Part shown: piece by piece, positions 11,571-21,750 of the stretch
Layout: each line of letters opens with the position of its first letter
Numbering within the stretch: the first letter of the stretch is position 1
Source of the DNA: an uncultured cyanobacterium
Lineage (GTDB): Bacteria; Cyanobacteriota; Cyanobacteriia; Cyanobacteriales; Microcystaceae
Assembly (NCBI GenBank): GCA_963807635.1
Contig: CAWEDJ010000010.1
Span: 1-56,192 of the forward strand
Direction: 5' to 3'
Length of the DNA stretch: 56,192 bases
Program-made: the position numbers and the translations under genes
Notes under the pieces: model-generated
Databases searched by the model: none
The model's input: only the letters and a program-made list of their open reading frames with translations
Told to the model about the DNA's origin: nothing

Positions 11571-12281
11571 ATGAAGCCCTACGCTTTGTCTATTTTTGCT
11601 TCAGGTGGTTTGGCCTTGATGGTAAGTTTTCCCTTTCCCAGCCAAGCCCAATTGTCATCAAGTGAACGTTTACCACCGCCCCCTGTGCTGAAAGTCCCCC
11701 AGGGTTTGCCTTTCACTATCTATAACCCCACTGACGCACATCCGAGCTTGCCAGTTCCCCCTAATGGTATTTCTTCTCCTATTCAAACTGAATCTAAGGT
11801 AATTCGAGAATATGTCTTTACCAGTGGCTCTGTGACCGCACCGATTTCTAATCCTAAAATGCCTCAAACTAAAAGAACAGTTGCCCCTGCTGTACTGCCC
11901 AAGGCTAATCGGACTGCAATAAAATCCCCTATAAAACCCATTTCTAACCAAACCAATATAAAAACACTAATTCCCAGCATTAAACCTAATATTTCAGATA
12001 ACTCAGATACTTCCGCGATCGCAACGGCGACCAAACTTTATCAAGTTCAAGTAAAAGAAACCCAGAATATTTCTCTTGCCCAGGTACAAGCAGTTGAACC
12101 CATGGCCTTTGTGCGCCAAACCGATGGTTTTATTCATGCGGGAACCTTTTCTGAAAAATCTCAAGCGGAAGAGCGGGTGCAAGCTCTGGCTACCCAGGGG
12201 GTTAAGGCAGAAGTAATTGCGGTTGCCCATAGTGGAAGAAATTCTGATAATATTGCTAATTTACGCTTTAGTCGTCAATGA
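11571..12281 (+). CDS. Secreted Pro-rich hypothetical protein with a SPOR-like C-terminus
   Basis: Signal peptide (..SQA/Q), Pro-rich linker, and EPMAFVR...IHAGTFSEKSQAEERVQAL. Confidence 0.6.
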   Translation: MKPYALSIFASGGLALMVSFPFPSQAQLSSSERLPPPPVLKVPQGLPFTIYNPTDAHPSLPVPPNGISSPIQTESKVIREYVFTSGSVTAPISNPKMPQTKRTVAPAVLPKANRTAIKSPIKPISNQTNIKTLIPSIKPNISDNSDTSAIATATKLYQVQVKETQNISLAQVQAVEPMAFVRQTDGFIHAGTFSEKSQAEERVQALATQGVKAEVIAVAHSGRNSDNIANLRFSRQ

Positions 12282-13135
12282 TCTTGATTAACTGGTGGAA
12301 ATTTCTCTTTTTCCCTGCTGAATTTTTTTTTAGGGGATATTTTCTAGGAGATTTTATCTTTTTCTCTAAGTTTATTCCCCTCTTGCTCTATCCCCTGGGT
12401 TTAGTTTCGATATTGCTCGGTATCATTTGTTTTTTTGAGTGGAAAAAACGTTCCTGGCTCCAATTTCCTGCCGCGATCGCGTTACTGATTATTCTAGTTA
12501 GCGGCAATATGTGGGTAAGTCAAGCCTTAATGAAGTCTTTGGAATGGCAAAATTTACCGCCCTCCGTTATACCAAACGCCGAAGCGATCGTGGTGTTAGG
12601 AGGCGGCATCTCATCGGCAGCCTATCCCCGTTCCATGCCCGAAGTGAATGAAGCAGGCGATCGCGTTTTGTATGGAGCGAAACTCTATCGTGACGGCAAA
12701 GCCCCAATAGTCATTGTTTCGGGGGGAAGAATTGGCTGGCTCGGCGGAGGACTTCCCGAATCGACGGATATGGGGACTTTATTGGCAATGATGGGAGTTC
12801 CTGACTCAGGGATTATTGAGGAACCTAACTCATTAAATACCTACGAAAATGCGGTAAATGTGCAAAAAATTCTGGATCAAAAAGGTATTAAGGAAGTTTT
12901 ATTAGTGACTTCTGCCTTTCATATGCCCCGCGCCCGACTTATTTTTGAAAAATTGGGGATGAAAGTGATTCCTGCTCCTACGGATTTTTATGTGACAGAA
13001 GGGAAGGTTAAAGATTTTAATTTAGGAACGATTCTGATTTATTTGTTACCTGATACTAATTATTTGAATCAAACCGTGATCGCTTTAAAAGAGTATTTAG
13101 GACTATTGATTTATTATCTGAAAGGATGGGTTTGA
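12278..13135 (+). CDS. YdcF/ElyC (DUF218) family protein
   Basis: AIVVLGGG, EAGDR, VSGG, SLNTYENA, LVTSAFHMPRA and KEYLG; start uncertain. Confidence 0.88.
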   Translation: MILINWWKFLFFPAEFFFRGYFLGDFIFFSKFIPLLLYPLGLVSILLGIICFFEWKKRSWLQFPAAIALLIILVSGNMWVSQALMKSLEWQNLPPSVIPNAEAIVVLGGGISSAAYPRSMPEVNEAGDRVLYGAKLYRDGKAPIVIVSGGRIGWLGGGLPESTDMGTLLAMMGVPDSGIIEEPNSLNTYENAVNVQKILDQKGIKEVLLVTSAFHMPRARLIFEKLGMKVIPAPTDFYVTEGKVKDFNLGTILIYLLPDTNYLNQTVIALKEYLGLLIYYLKGWV

Positions 13136-13146
13136 TCCCCATGAGC

Positions 13147-13163
13147 CAAGCGGCGATCGCCCT
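13147..13163 (+). repeat. Left 17 bp HIP1-cored direct repeat CAAGCGGCGATCGCCCT
   Basis: Identical to 17082-17098. Confidence 0.85.
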
Positions 13164-13165
13164 GT

Positions 13166-15675
13166 CTACTGTTGTCGAATATTTTCAAAACTTTCCTGAT
13201 AATCCCTGAAACTTAAAACTGTGTCGTATAGACCAATATTTTCGCCTTCATGCTTGCTAATTCCTATATATTCCAAACTAGCATCTTCGTAACGTTTGAA
13301 TTTATAGACCGCATCATTCATTAAGGCACTGTTAAAAACACCAAGACTGACGAGTAACTCAAAATCCCTGACAACTAAGCCCGTTACTTTTTTGAAAAGA
13401 CCTGGTTCTAATTGGGTGATAACATCCTTTAAACTTTTCTCTCGATAATCTGTGAGATACATAAAAACGGGTATGCGAGTAGCAAATTTAATCAATTTTT
13501 CTTGAATCTTTTTCCGTAAATTTTTATATTCTTTTTCCTGTTCTGTTAATTCTTGCTTTTCTTTTTTATTGAGTTCTCTTTCATTGGCTTCTTTTTTGAC
13601 TTTTTTAACAGCATTCGATTTATTAATAATCGTTTCAATGTCCTGATTCAAATTACGGAAACCTTCAATACTCATTAATGCTCGCATTGCCTCCTCATTT
13701 TTCATCAAGCGTTCTAAGGTATTGTTATCCACATTAACCAGTAAGGCACTTTCCCAACGTCTGGCGAGTAAGGTTGCAGTTGTTCCGCTCATCGCCATAT
13801 CTAAAACCCCTGCGGCATCCACTTGTTTCATGGAACTGCCATCGTAGGCAAGCACGGGTAAAAACTTGATAAATTCTTCGACTTTTTTTCAGGATTAGAT
13901 TCATTCACATTTAAGCGACAACTGTAATCTGCGATTTGTCTGAAGGCGCGATCGGGAGCGAAATCGAAGACATAGCATTCTTGTTTGATGATTTCTTCTT
14001 GATTGGGGGAAATACTATCGGGATTTTTGATTGTCCAGGGGGTTTTTACCCGAAAAGCCGCTTGAAAATAGGTTTCGGGACTAGAAGAATTGCGTAACAT
14101 AAAAATTCCTGTCCAGGGTTTAACAGAAACGCCTGTTGTTAATTTTCCACAGGAGAGGGTAATACTTTTAGTTTTAAGAGGATTAGCCATTGCATTTACA
14201 ACAGGAGGAAGGGCTTCAACTCCAATGCCCGCGCTGGTTCCTGCGGCAACGATGATTTTGTAATCGTGATAAAATTTATTCTGTTTTTGGGCTAACAAAT
14301 TTTTCATTGCCTGACAAGCGGCAACACTGGGTAAAAACCAAAAGGTATGGGATAAAACATTTAATAAGCGAGTATCCAAAAAGGGAAGAGGCGGTTTTTT
14401 CGCTCCTAATTTGAGATTGTCTAGATTGGTTTCCAGATAGGAACCCCTAATTAGATCTAGCCATTTTTGAACTTCATTTTGGTAGGTAAATTTGGCTAGT
14501 TTATTGTCACCTGTGGCAGAAAAGAAGATGTTTAAATCAAATTCGTTAAATTCTCCTTTCATGGCAATTTCTCGAATAGAATCAGGCAGTTGATAGGTCA
14601 ACATTACCATTCTGGGTAAAGCAATATAGGGATTATTTTCACCTTGCCATTCTTCCTTGGCTTTTTGTTCGTCGGAATATGTCCAGTTATAGATTTGTTC
14701 TTCGATAAATTCTCCAGAGGCGATCGCCTTAAAAGGAGTTCCAGAGAGATACAGATATGGGTTAGTCGTAATCGGAATAATGCTTTCATCAAAATAATCT
14801 ATGCCCTGACCTTCTCCAAATTCGAGTTCTTTTGTTCCCTCAGCTTCAAATAGTTCTTTGGCATTATCGCGCCAGGCTCCGTAATGATATTCATCAAAAA
14901 CCACACAATCCCAATTGGTGAGATGTACCCATTCATTTTTAGCTTTAATTCCTCCTGCTTTATTTTTACCTAAATAGTCTTGAAAGGAACCAAAACAAAC
15001 AAGAGGTTTAGTTTGATCAGCTTGTTCAAAAAATAAACTATTACGAGCAATAAATTGCCAACCAGTAAAGTCGAGATGGGTTAAAAGGTCTTCTTGCCAG
15101 GCACTTTGGACGGCGGGCTTAAAGGTGAGAACTAAAATCTTTTTCCAGCCCATTTTTTTCGCGAGTTGATAGGTGGCAAAGGTTTTACCAAAACGCATTT
15201 TAGCATTCCAAAGAAAGTGGGGCGTTTTATCGGGATTTTCTTATTTAAAGATTTGAAAATATTCGATAGCTTTATCAATAGCTTCTTGTTGTTCGGGACG
15301 TAGAGCAAAATTTAGAGTACGATTTTCTTCGTTTTTTTGACCATTTTTGATGGCTAAGATCGCGGCTTTAACATCTTTGACTGTTCATTGAAACCATTCT
15401 CCCCTAGGGTTTGCAATCCCTTTTTGTCTCAGGTAAGCATGAACCGCGTGATCGGTAAAAAAGTTACCATCATTACGAATAGCAGTTTCTTCTAATAGAA
15501 TTTTGTAGGGTAATTCGCCTGGTTTGATAATAGAATATTGTTCAGCAATACGGGTTTTGGCATCCCTAGTAGTGTAACCAATTTTGAGTAATCCTTTATA
15601 TTGCGGATTGGTATCTTGATAGGCGTAAATAGTAGGATTTGTTTGGGGTCTGGGCGGAAAAAAGTTCGTGTTCAT
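13166..15675 (-). pseudogene. GIY-YIG/T5orf172-like nuclease plus SF2 (DExH) helicase restriction subunit, disrupted
   Basis: N-terminal PTIYAY..LLKIGYT.R..GEWF; Walker A variant AKMRFGKT; FDEYHYG; LSGTPF; YFQAAFR. In-frame stops TGA at 15385-15387 and TAA at 15241-15243 with the frame preserved, plus a frameshift at the T7 run ~13885. Confidence 0.82.
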
Positions 15676-15698
15676 TAATGAAATTTTACTATTAATTT

Positions 15699-16091
15699 TT
15701 AAGGAATAAAAACTCGGCTAACTCCCAAATAATTTTCAATAGAAAATACAATATCTACTATGCGAATACCGCACTTTTCTCGGTAATCTTTTTCAATAAA
15801 GCGATCTAAATTGGCAATAGTAATAACAGGTAAAGATGTCAAGTTTGCTTTTTCACGCATTGTTTGTTCCAAAGAATCTTCACCTTTTGCATTACGGTTA
15901 GCAGTCAATAATAACATTTGATTAGACTGAACAAATTCCCAAATAAGGCGATCGCTACAATCATTTGCTAAACCCACTTCTTCGAGGGTGAGGAAACGAA
16001 TTGAAAGCAAATCAAGCCAACCGTCTTTTGCAAGAGTTCCTTGAAAGAAAACAATATAACCTGTTAAGTTATAATCTACCAGAATAATCAT
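15699..16091 (-). CDS. PIN-like (DUF5615/Mut7-like) putative toxin
   Basis: ILVDYNL..., SDR.IW..VQ...M.LLTANRN.KGEDSLE; overlaps the DUF433 gene (ATGA coupling). Confidence 0.7.
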   Translation of the reverse strand: MIILVDYNLTGYIVFFQGTLAKDGWLDLLSIRFLTLEEVGLANDCSDRLIWEFVQSNQMLLLTANRNAKGEDSLEQTMREKANLTSLPVITIANLDRFIEKDYREKCGIRIVDIVFSIENYLGVSRVFIP

Positions 16092-16456
16092 GTTGTTAAT
16101 CCTAGTTTCCTTTTACAGGCTTGAAGTTTTGCATAAATTTCTTCTTGACCTGGTTTGGGAGGAATTTGGGCAATTTTAGCAAAATGTTCTCGATTTTTTT
16201 CTTCATAATATTGTCGTAATTCTTCAGTTTCTCTTAGCACTTTTTGATATTCAGCTTCTATTTCGGAGCGATTGTCTTCAATATAGTTTAGGGCTTGATT
16301 TAGTTGAGATTCGGTTAAAGGAAGCCAATGTTTGATTAAGTGGGGAGGCCAACCTGTAGTGAGATAGTCCATCACGTCATAAAGGGTGATGCGGGTTCCA
16401 GAGATAGTCAGACCCCTTTCTGTGTGAATAATGGATGGTGTGGAGGTGATAGTCAT
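16088..16456 (-). CDS. DUF433-domain putative antitoxin
   Basis: IIHTERGLTISGTRITLYDVMDYL..GWPP..I..WL.LT..Q...AL.YI. Confidence 0.82.
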   Translation of the reverse strand: MTITSTPSIIHTERGLTISGTRITLYDVMDYLTTGWPPHLIKHWLPLTESQLNQALNYIEDNRSEIEAEYQKVLRETEELRQYYEEKNREHFAKIAQIPPKPGQEEIYAKLQACKRKLGLTT

Positions 16457-16518
16457 AATGATTTTCCTGAAGTCTGTTTCTATTTTAACGAAAATTGGCG
16501 ATCGCGGTTATCTTCAGA

Positions 16519-16893
16519 CTATATTAAATTCATTTCTAGCTCATTTTCTGCTTTCAGAATTTCTATATAGTGGCTCCAACTTAATTTGTCAGACACTGTC
16601 TCACTTTTTCTAAATGACAGATAGAATTTACGCATATAGATCAGGTTAGAGCGACTAAAACCTTTGCCATACTTTAATTTTAAGTCTTGGGAAAGTTTAT
16701 CTAAAAGTTCTGAACCGTATTCTGCTTTGATGTTGCCATTTTGTTAAAATTCGACAATATATCTGCCAATTTGCCAATAGGTCTGCACCAATAAATGATT
16801 AACAGCTTGGGCGGCTTGCTGACGACCCTGATGTAATAAGTCGCCAATTTGTATAATGAGTTTTTGGTAGGAGGAATCAGGTAATAATGACAT
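16519..16893 (-). pseudogene. DUF1016/YhcG N-terminal fragment (not in ORF track)
   Basis: Manual translation: ...GRQQAAQAVNHLLVQTYWQIGRYIVEF*QNG..KAEYGSELLDKLSQDLKLKYGKGFSRSNLIYMRKFY...LSWSHY. Internal TAA at 16744-16746; truncated before the PD-(D/E)XK domain. Confidence 0.85.
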
Positions 16894-16916
16894 TTTAATC
16901 TTCTATATTCTCTTGT

Positions 16917-17054
16917 TTATCTATCAATCCGCTCCGTCTCTGACCGCACCAGATTCAACATCGCCCGAACTTCTCGCTCACTGGTATAAAACTCACCATG
17001 ATCCGCGACTCTTTGCTTAGAAATAACCTGCTTTTCTAGATTTTTTTTATTCAT
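16917..17054 (-). pseudogene. N-terminal stub of an R-M SAM-dependent DNA methyltransferase (45 aa)
   Basis: MNKKNLEKQVISKQRVADHGEFYTSEREVRAMLNLVRSETERIDR*. Resembles the 'KQRVADHGEVFT..REV.AML.LV..ETERI' start of amino-MTases and stops just before the expected FLEPACG motif I. Confidence 0.75.
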
Positions 17055-17081
17055 CAAAGCTAATTTTACGGCAGATTGCAG

Positions 17082-17098
17082 CAAGCGGCGATCGCCCT
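17082..17098 (+). repeat. Right 17 bp HIP1-cored direct repeat CAAGCGGCGATCGCCCT
   Basis: Identical to 13147-13163. Confidence 0.85.
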
Positions 17099-17204
17099 AT
17101 CTAATTTTATCGCATATTTTCAAAACTTTTTATACCATTTCAAATTACAATCTACTGTAAAATACGGATAATTTCTTCATCACAAATTAGTTTATCCGAT
17201 CGCC

Positions 17205-19092
17205 ATGATTAATCATGATTTTTCTCCCCTATGGATCTCCCTAAAAACCGCAGGTCTGGCTACGATGATCACCTTTTTCCTGGGGTTAATCGTGGCTCAG
17301 GGGATGTTTAACTATCGTGGTAAAGCAAAAAGCGCGATCGATGCTCTGCTCATTTCTCCCTTGGTATTACCCCCTACAGTTGTCGGTTTTTTATTACTGC
17401 TTTTACTCGGTCAAAATAGTCCTGTTGGTCAATTTCTTCGACAAATTAATCTTAATATCATTTTTACCTGGCAAGCGGCGGTTTTAACTTCAACAGTAGT
17501 CGCCTTTCCCCTGATGTATCGAACGAGTTTAGCGGCTTTTGAACAAATTGAAGAAAATATTATTTTAGCGGCTCGGACGTTAGGAGCTTCGGAATGGAGA
17601 ATTTTTTGGCAAGTTCTAATTCCCTTAGCCTATCGGGGCATTATGGCAGGAACGATTCTAGCCTTTGCTCGTGGACTAGGAGAATTTGGGGCAACTTTGA
17701 TGTTAGCAGGGAATATTCCAGGACAAACTCAAACGATGCCCTTGGCGATCTTTTTTTGCGGCGGAATCGGGTAATTATCAACAGGCACTTTTTTGGGTTT
17801 TAATTCTATTATTTCTTTCTATTTTTGTGATTATTTCAGTTAATTTTTGGGCAAATTCTCAGCAAATTAAAAGGATAGTAAAATTTAAAAAAAGAGAAGA
17901 AAATAATAACTTAGATATTTCCCCTAATAATCATTCAGATCGGATTAGAGATGATTCCAAGATTAACTTCATTCCCCATACTGAATATACTTTTGGGAAT
18001 TTTAATCAAGTATTTGTAGATATCCAAAAAAATTATGGCGATTTTTCTTTAAATATTAATCTAGAAGTCCACAACAAACCCTTGGGATTATTGGGAGTCT
18101 CAGGATCAGGGAAAAGCTTGACGCTTAGGTGTATCGCAGGCTTAGAAGTCCCAGATCGGGGTTTTATTAGTATTAATAATCAAATTTGGTTTGATGCTCG
18201 CCATAAAATTAATATTCCTTCCTATCAACGTCGTGTTGGTTTTGTTTTTCAAAATTATGCCCTTTTTCCCCATCTAACTGTCCGACAAAATATTACTTTC
18301 GGGGTGCAAAATCTACCGCTTATGGAACAAATAGAACGAGTGGATTTTCAAATTCAACAAATGCAATTACAGGATTGGGAAGATTATTATCCTGTTCAAC
18401 TATCGGGTGGACAACAACAACGGGTCGCCTTAGCAAGAGCATTCGTAATGAATCCTGAAATACTGCTGTTGGATGAACCTTTTTCGGCACTAGATACCCA
18501 ATTACGGAGCCAAATGGAAAAAAATCTGATTGAAGTTTTGGCTCTTTATGACGGAGTGACGGTGATGGTGTCTCACAATTTAGAGGAGCTTTATCGTATT
18601 TGTCAGGATCTGGTGGTGATTTCTGAGGGTCAAGTTTTGGCGAGTGGTCATAAACAACAGATTTTTCATAGTCCTACTACCTATGAAATCGCTCGATTAA
18701 CGGGGTGTAAAAATTTTTCTTCTGTTGCCATTATTTCTCCCTATTCAGTTCAGGCGTTAGATTGGGATTGTACTTTGATTTTGGAAAAGGCGATCGCCTC
18801 TAAGGTAAATTATGTGGGTATTCGCGCCCATCAATTGACCTTTAAAGAATTAGAAATTTTAAGAGATGACGATCAACCCAGGGATATTAATATTTTTCCC
18901 TGCTGGCTGGCTCAAAGCAGTGAAACGCCCCACCGTATTACTTTATATATTAAGCTAAATAATCCCCCAACGCATTTTAATGATTACCATTTCCAGGTGG
19001 AACTCTTTAAAGAAAATTGGCAGTTATTGAAATATTGCTCTTTTCCCTGGCATTTAAAATTAAACCCTTCTTATTTATTTGTGATGGAATAA
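17205..19092 (+). CDS. modBC: Molybdate ABC transporter permease and ATPase (probable ModBC fusion; apparent frameshift at T7 run ~17755)
   Basis: PLVLPPTVVGF, ARTLGAS and ARGLGEFGAT (ModB); GVSGSGKS, LSGGQQQRVALARA and LLDEPFSALD (ModC), with a TOBE-like tail. Confidence 0.85.
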
Positions 19093-19157
19093 GATTGCGA
19101 TCGCTTTCCTTTTATCTCTCTACAAAGAGCGATTGCTGTTCCGTTGTGATTAAATGT

Positions 19158-19460
19158 TTAACTATTTGAATCTAGTTGACGTTGATATTTTCCATATTTT
19201 TGGGCATAATACTCCAAGATTGATTCTAAATATTGTTTTTCTTGGCTTGATAAATCAACGGGATATTCAATTTGAATGGCTTCGATCTGGCTTTGGGCAT
19301 AATCAAATTGAGTAGAAGATTGGGGAATTAAAACGGTTTTAACGTTTTCGACCTGCTGTAAATGGGCAGAAATTTCCCGATAAACCGCTAGGGGCAATTG
19401 GGGATAGGCGATCGTTTCTTTTTGGGTGAGGACGTTGGTTTCTATGGATGCTTGGTTCAT
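19158..19460 (-). CDS. Conserved cyanobacterial hypothetical protein
   Basis: LPLAVYREI.AHL.QV..V...LIPQ....FDY.QSQI and ILEYYA..YG. Confidence 0.7.
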   Translation of the reverse strand: MNQASIETNVLTQKETIAYPQLPLAVYREISAHLQQVENVKTVLIPQSSTQFDYAQSQIEAIQIEYPVDLSSQEKQYLESILEYYAQKYGKYQRQLDSNS

Positions 19461-19632
19461 ACGTTAGGGATTTTATAAGAATAATAAGATGGATATAGTT
19501 TTATTCCCTGAAAAAAAGCGATTTGAGTAAAGAAATGAGAATTAATGTCATTTTGCTACTGCCAAGACAGTGATCCTCTGTTATTATCGGATAGGTGTGC
19601 ATGGGTTGTCATGTTCTGGTTGAGGATCAGTA

Positions 19633-21018
19633 ATGAAAAAGCGTTTAATCATTTCGTTAAGTATTTTACCGTTGTTGATGTTGGTCAGTTGTTCTAGCTC
19701 TCCAGAGCAACAGTCTGCAACGCCCCCTTCGCCTCCAACGGCCAAGCTAGTCCTCCGCCAGCAGCTCCTCCTCCTGCAACGCCTCCAGCGGGAAGTCAGG
19801 CGAAAACTCCCTCAGTCATTTCGGATAAAGAGATTGCTCAAAAGGGCTTAGTTCCTTCTACGAATCCTGAACAAAGGTTAAAAGAAATTAAGCAGGCACG
19901 GAACAATCCTTTTGGTTTAATTCCCATCATTCCCGTGGTTGATTCAGGTGAAACCGATGTTGATAGTCAAACAGGCGGATCTCAAGCAATACCAGGAACA
20001 TCAACAACCCCAGAAACACCGACAACACCAAACGGAAAATCTTCGCCTTCCTCCCCTACTGGTAGCCGTCCTACCCAAGCTCCTTTCTATCCCATTGGCA
20101 GATATTGTAAATTTGAGGGAAAAATCGGAGGACAAATAATAGAAATTCAACCAGAAGAAGCTCAGGGGATCTTAGTCTCTGGCATTGTGAAATTGCCGAC
20201 AGCGACCTATGCCATTGTTACGCCTAGAAATTCCAAGGTTGCTCAATCTGTCAGACAGGGATCTTTATTGGGAAATGCACTGGTGAGAGTTGCGGCGATT
20301 GATCCTGTGAATGAAACAGTAATTTTTGAAGAAAATGGCAAATTGGTCTATAGGGAAATTGGACAACGACCTGTCCCGATAAAAAGAGGTCTTTTTGAGT
20401 TAAAAGGAGAAAGTTTTCCGTTTAAAATTAAGCCGCCAACGGGGAAACAAGCCTATGGCGCAATCGTGAAGGGACAGAAAGCATTGATGTTAACTCAGGC
20501 GAGTATTCTCCTCGTTAATGTGGCGGGTGAAGATAAACCTGGAATATCTAAACAATTAGGTATGCCACCTTGGACAAGAAATCCTAATCCAAATACATCT
20601 GCACCAGGAGAAGTTCCTGGACAGACTCAACCGACTGACCCCCAGGGCACCCCTTCCCCTAATCAACCTGGTCATACGGCTCCCAGGGTACGACTCCCCC
20701 TGCTCCTACTAATCCTCCCCAAGGAACAGGTGGGTCTGCGCCAGTCAGTCAAGCTTCTGCTCCTCAAAAAAGCACTCGTCTATCTCGGCACGATTTGTAA
20801 TGACAGCAATAAGCGCATTACTGTCTCTCGCATTAAGATTCAAATTCAAGATGCAGAAACGAATACTGTGCTTGATACCCAGTGGAGTAATGTGGCCAGC
20901 ACTGAATGTCGTTCTAGACCGTGGACAAAGCGCAAAATTTGATGTCTCGATTCCTCGTTTACAAGATAGCAGTAGTGACAAGATTTCTGTAAGACTGCTT
21001 GATTGGCAAGGAGGATAA
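19633..21018 (+). CDS. Pro-rich lipoprotein, probably one gene broken by several indels
   Basis: Lipobox LVSC; an alternative frame reads ..RNNPFGLIP; the core GILVSGIV..AIV....V..G..L...LVRV continues into ORF 20800-21018 (VLDRGQSAKFDV..VRLLDWQ). Confidence 0.55.
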
Positions 21019-21088
21019 TCGTTCCACTCAATGGAATAGTTAAGTATTTTTTCCTGATCAAAACCCATCTTTAGATGAGGAGGTTCCT

Positions 21089-21739
21089 ATGATTGCTCGA
21101 AACCTTTTTGTTAACTCTTTACTGGCTATGACGCTGGGTTCGGTTTGCTTCTCTCAAGCTGTTCTCGCTCTTCCTCGTTTCGGAATGTCACAGGCATTAT
21201 GTGAGGGATTATCGGACTATATGATTTCTCCTGACGGAAATTGTGTTAATCTTACCTATTTCAATGGAGGAAGACCAAAATTTTTTCCTGATTACGAACG
21301 AAAAATCACCAAATTTGAACAAGCTTTAGCTAAACTAAATGTCCCCGTAATTTATACAAAATGCGAAGAAATTAAACCAGGTTTCGTACTGTATGGTTTT
21401 TATAATCTCGTAACTAATCAGATGACTATCTGTGATGAAACTAAAAAAGATTCTCAGAGGCAGATTTATGAAACATTAGTGCATGAATCCTGGCACACTG
21501 TTCAAGATTGTATTGCTGGACTAGATAACCCTAACGGTTTGGCTTTGAGTCAAGCTGTTCCTAAGTTTCGTCAAGAGGTTTTAGGGGGCATTAGTTTGGA
21601 AGATTTTGTCACAATGGATCAAGCCTATTCTAAAGACGATCGTCTAACTGAAAGTGAGGCAAGATTTATGTCAAATAAACCTCAACTAGTTTTAGAATGG
21701 TTAGGACGCTGTAAGGCTTACTCATCTCGTTCAAAGTAA
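21089..21739 (+). CDS. Secreted protein with an HExxH zinc-metallopeptidase-like motif
   Basis: Signal peptide; TLVHESWHTVQDC and a downstream ESEA; GAGGAGG RBS. Confidence 0.65.
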   Translation: MIARNLFVNSLLAMTLGSVCFSQAVLALPRFGMSQALCEGLSDYMISPDGNCVNLTYFNGGRPKFFPDYERKITKFEQALAKLNVPVIYTKCEEIKPGFVLYGFYNLVTNQMTICDETKKDSQRQIYETLVHESWHTVQDCIAGLDNPNGLALSQAVPKFRQEVLGGISLEDFVTMDQAYSKDDRLTESEARFMSNKPQLVLEWLGRCKAYSSRSK

Positions 21740-21750
21740 TTCTATCAAGA

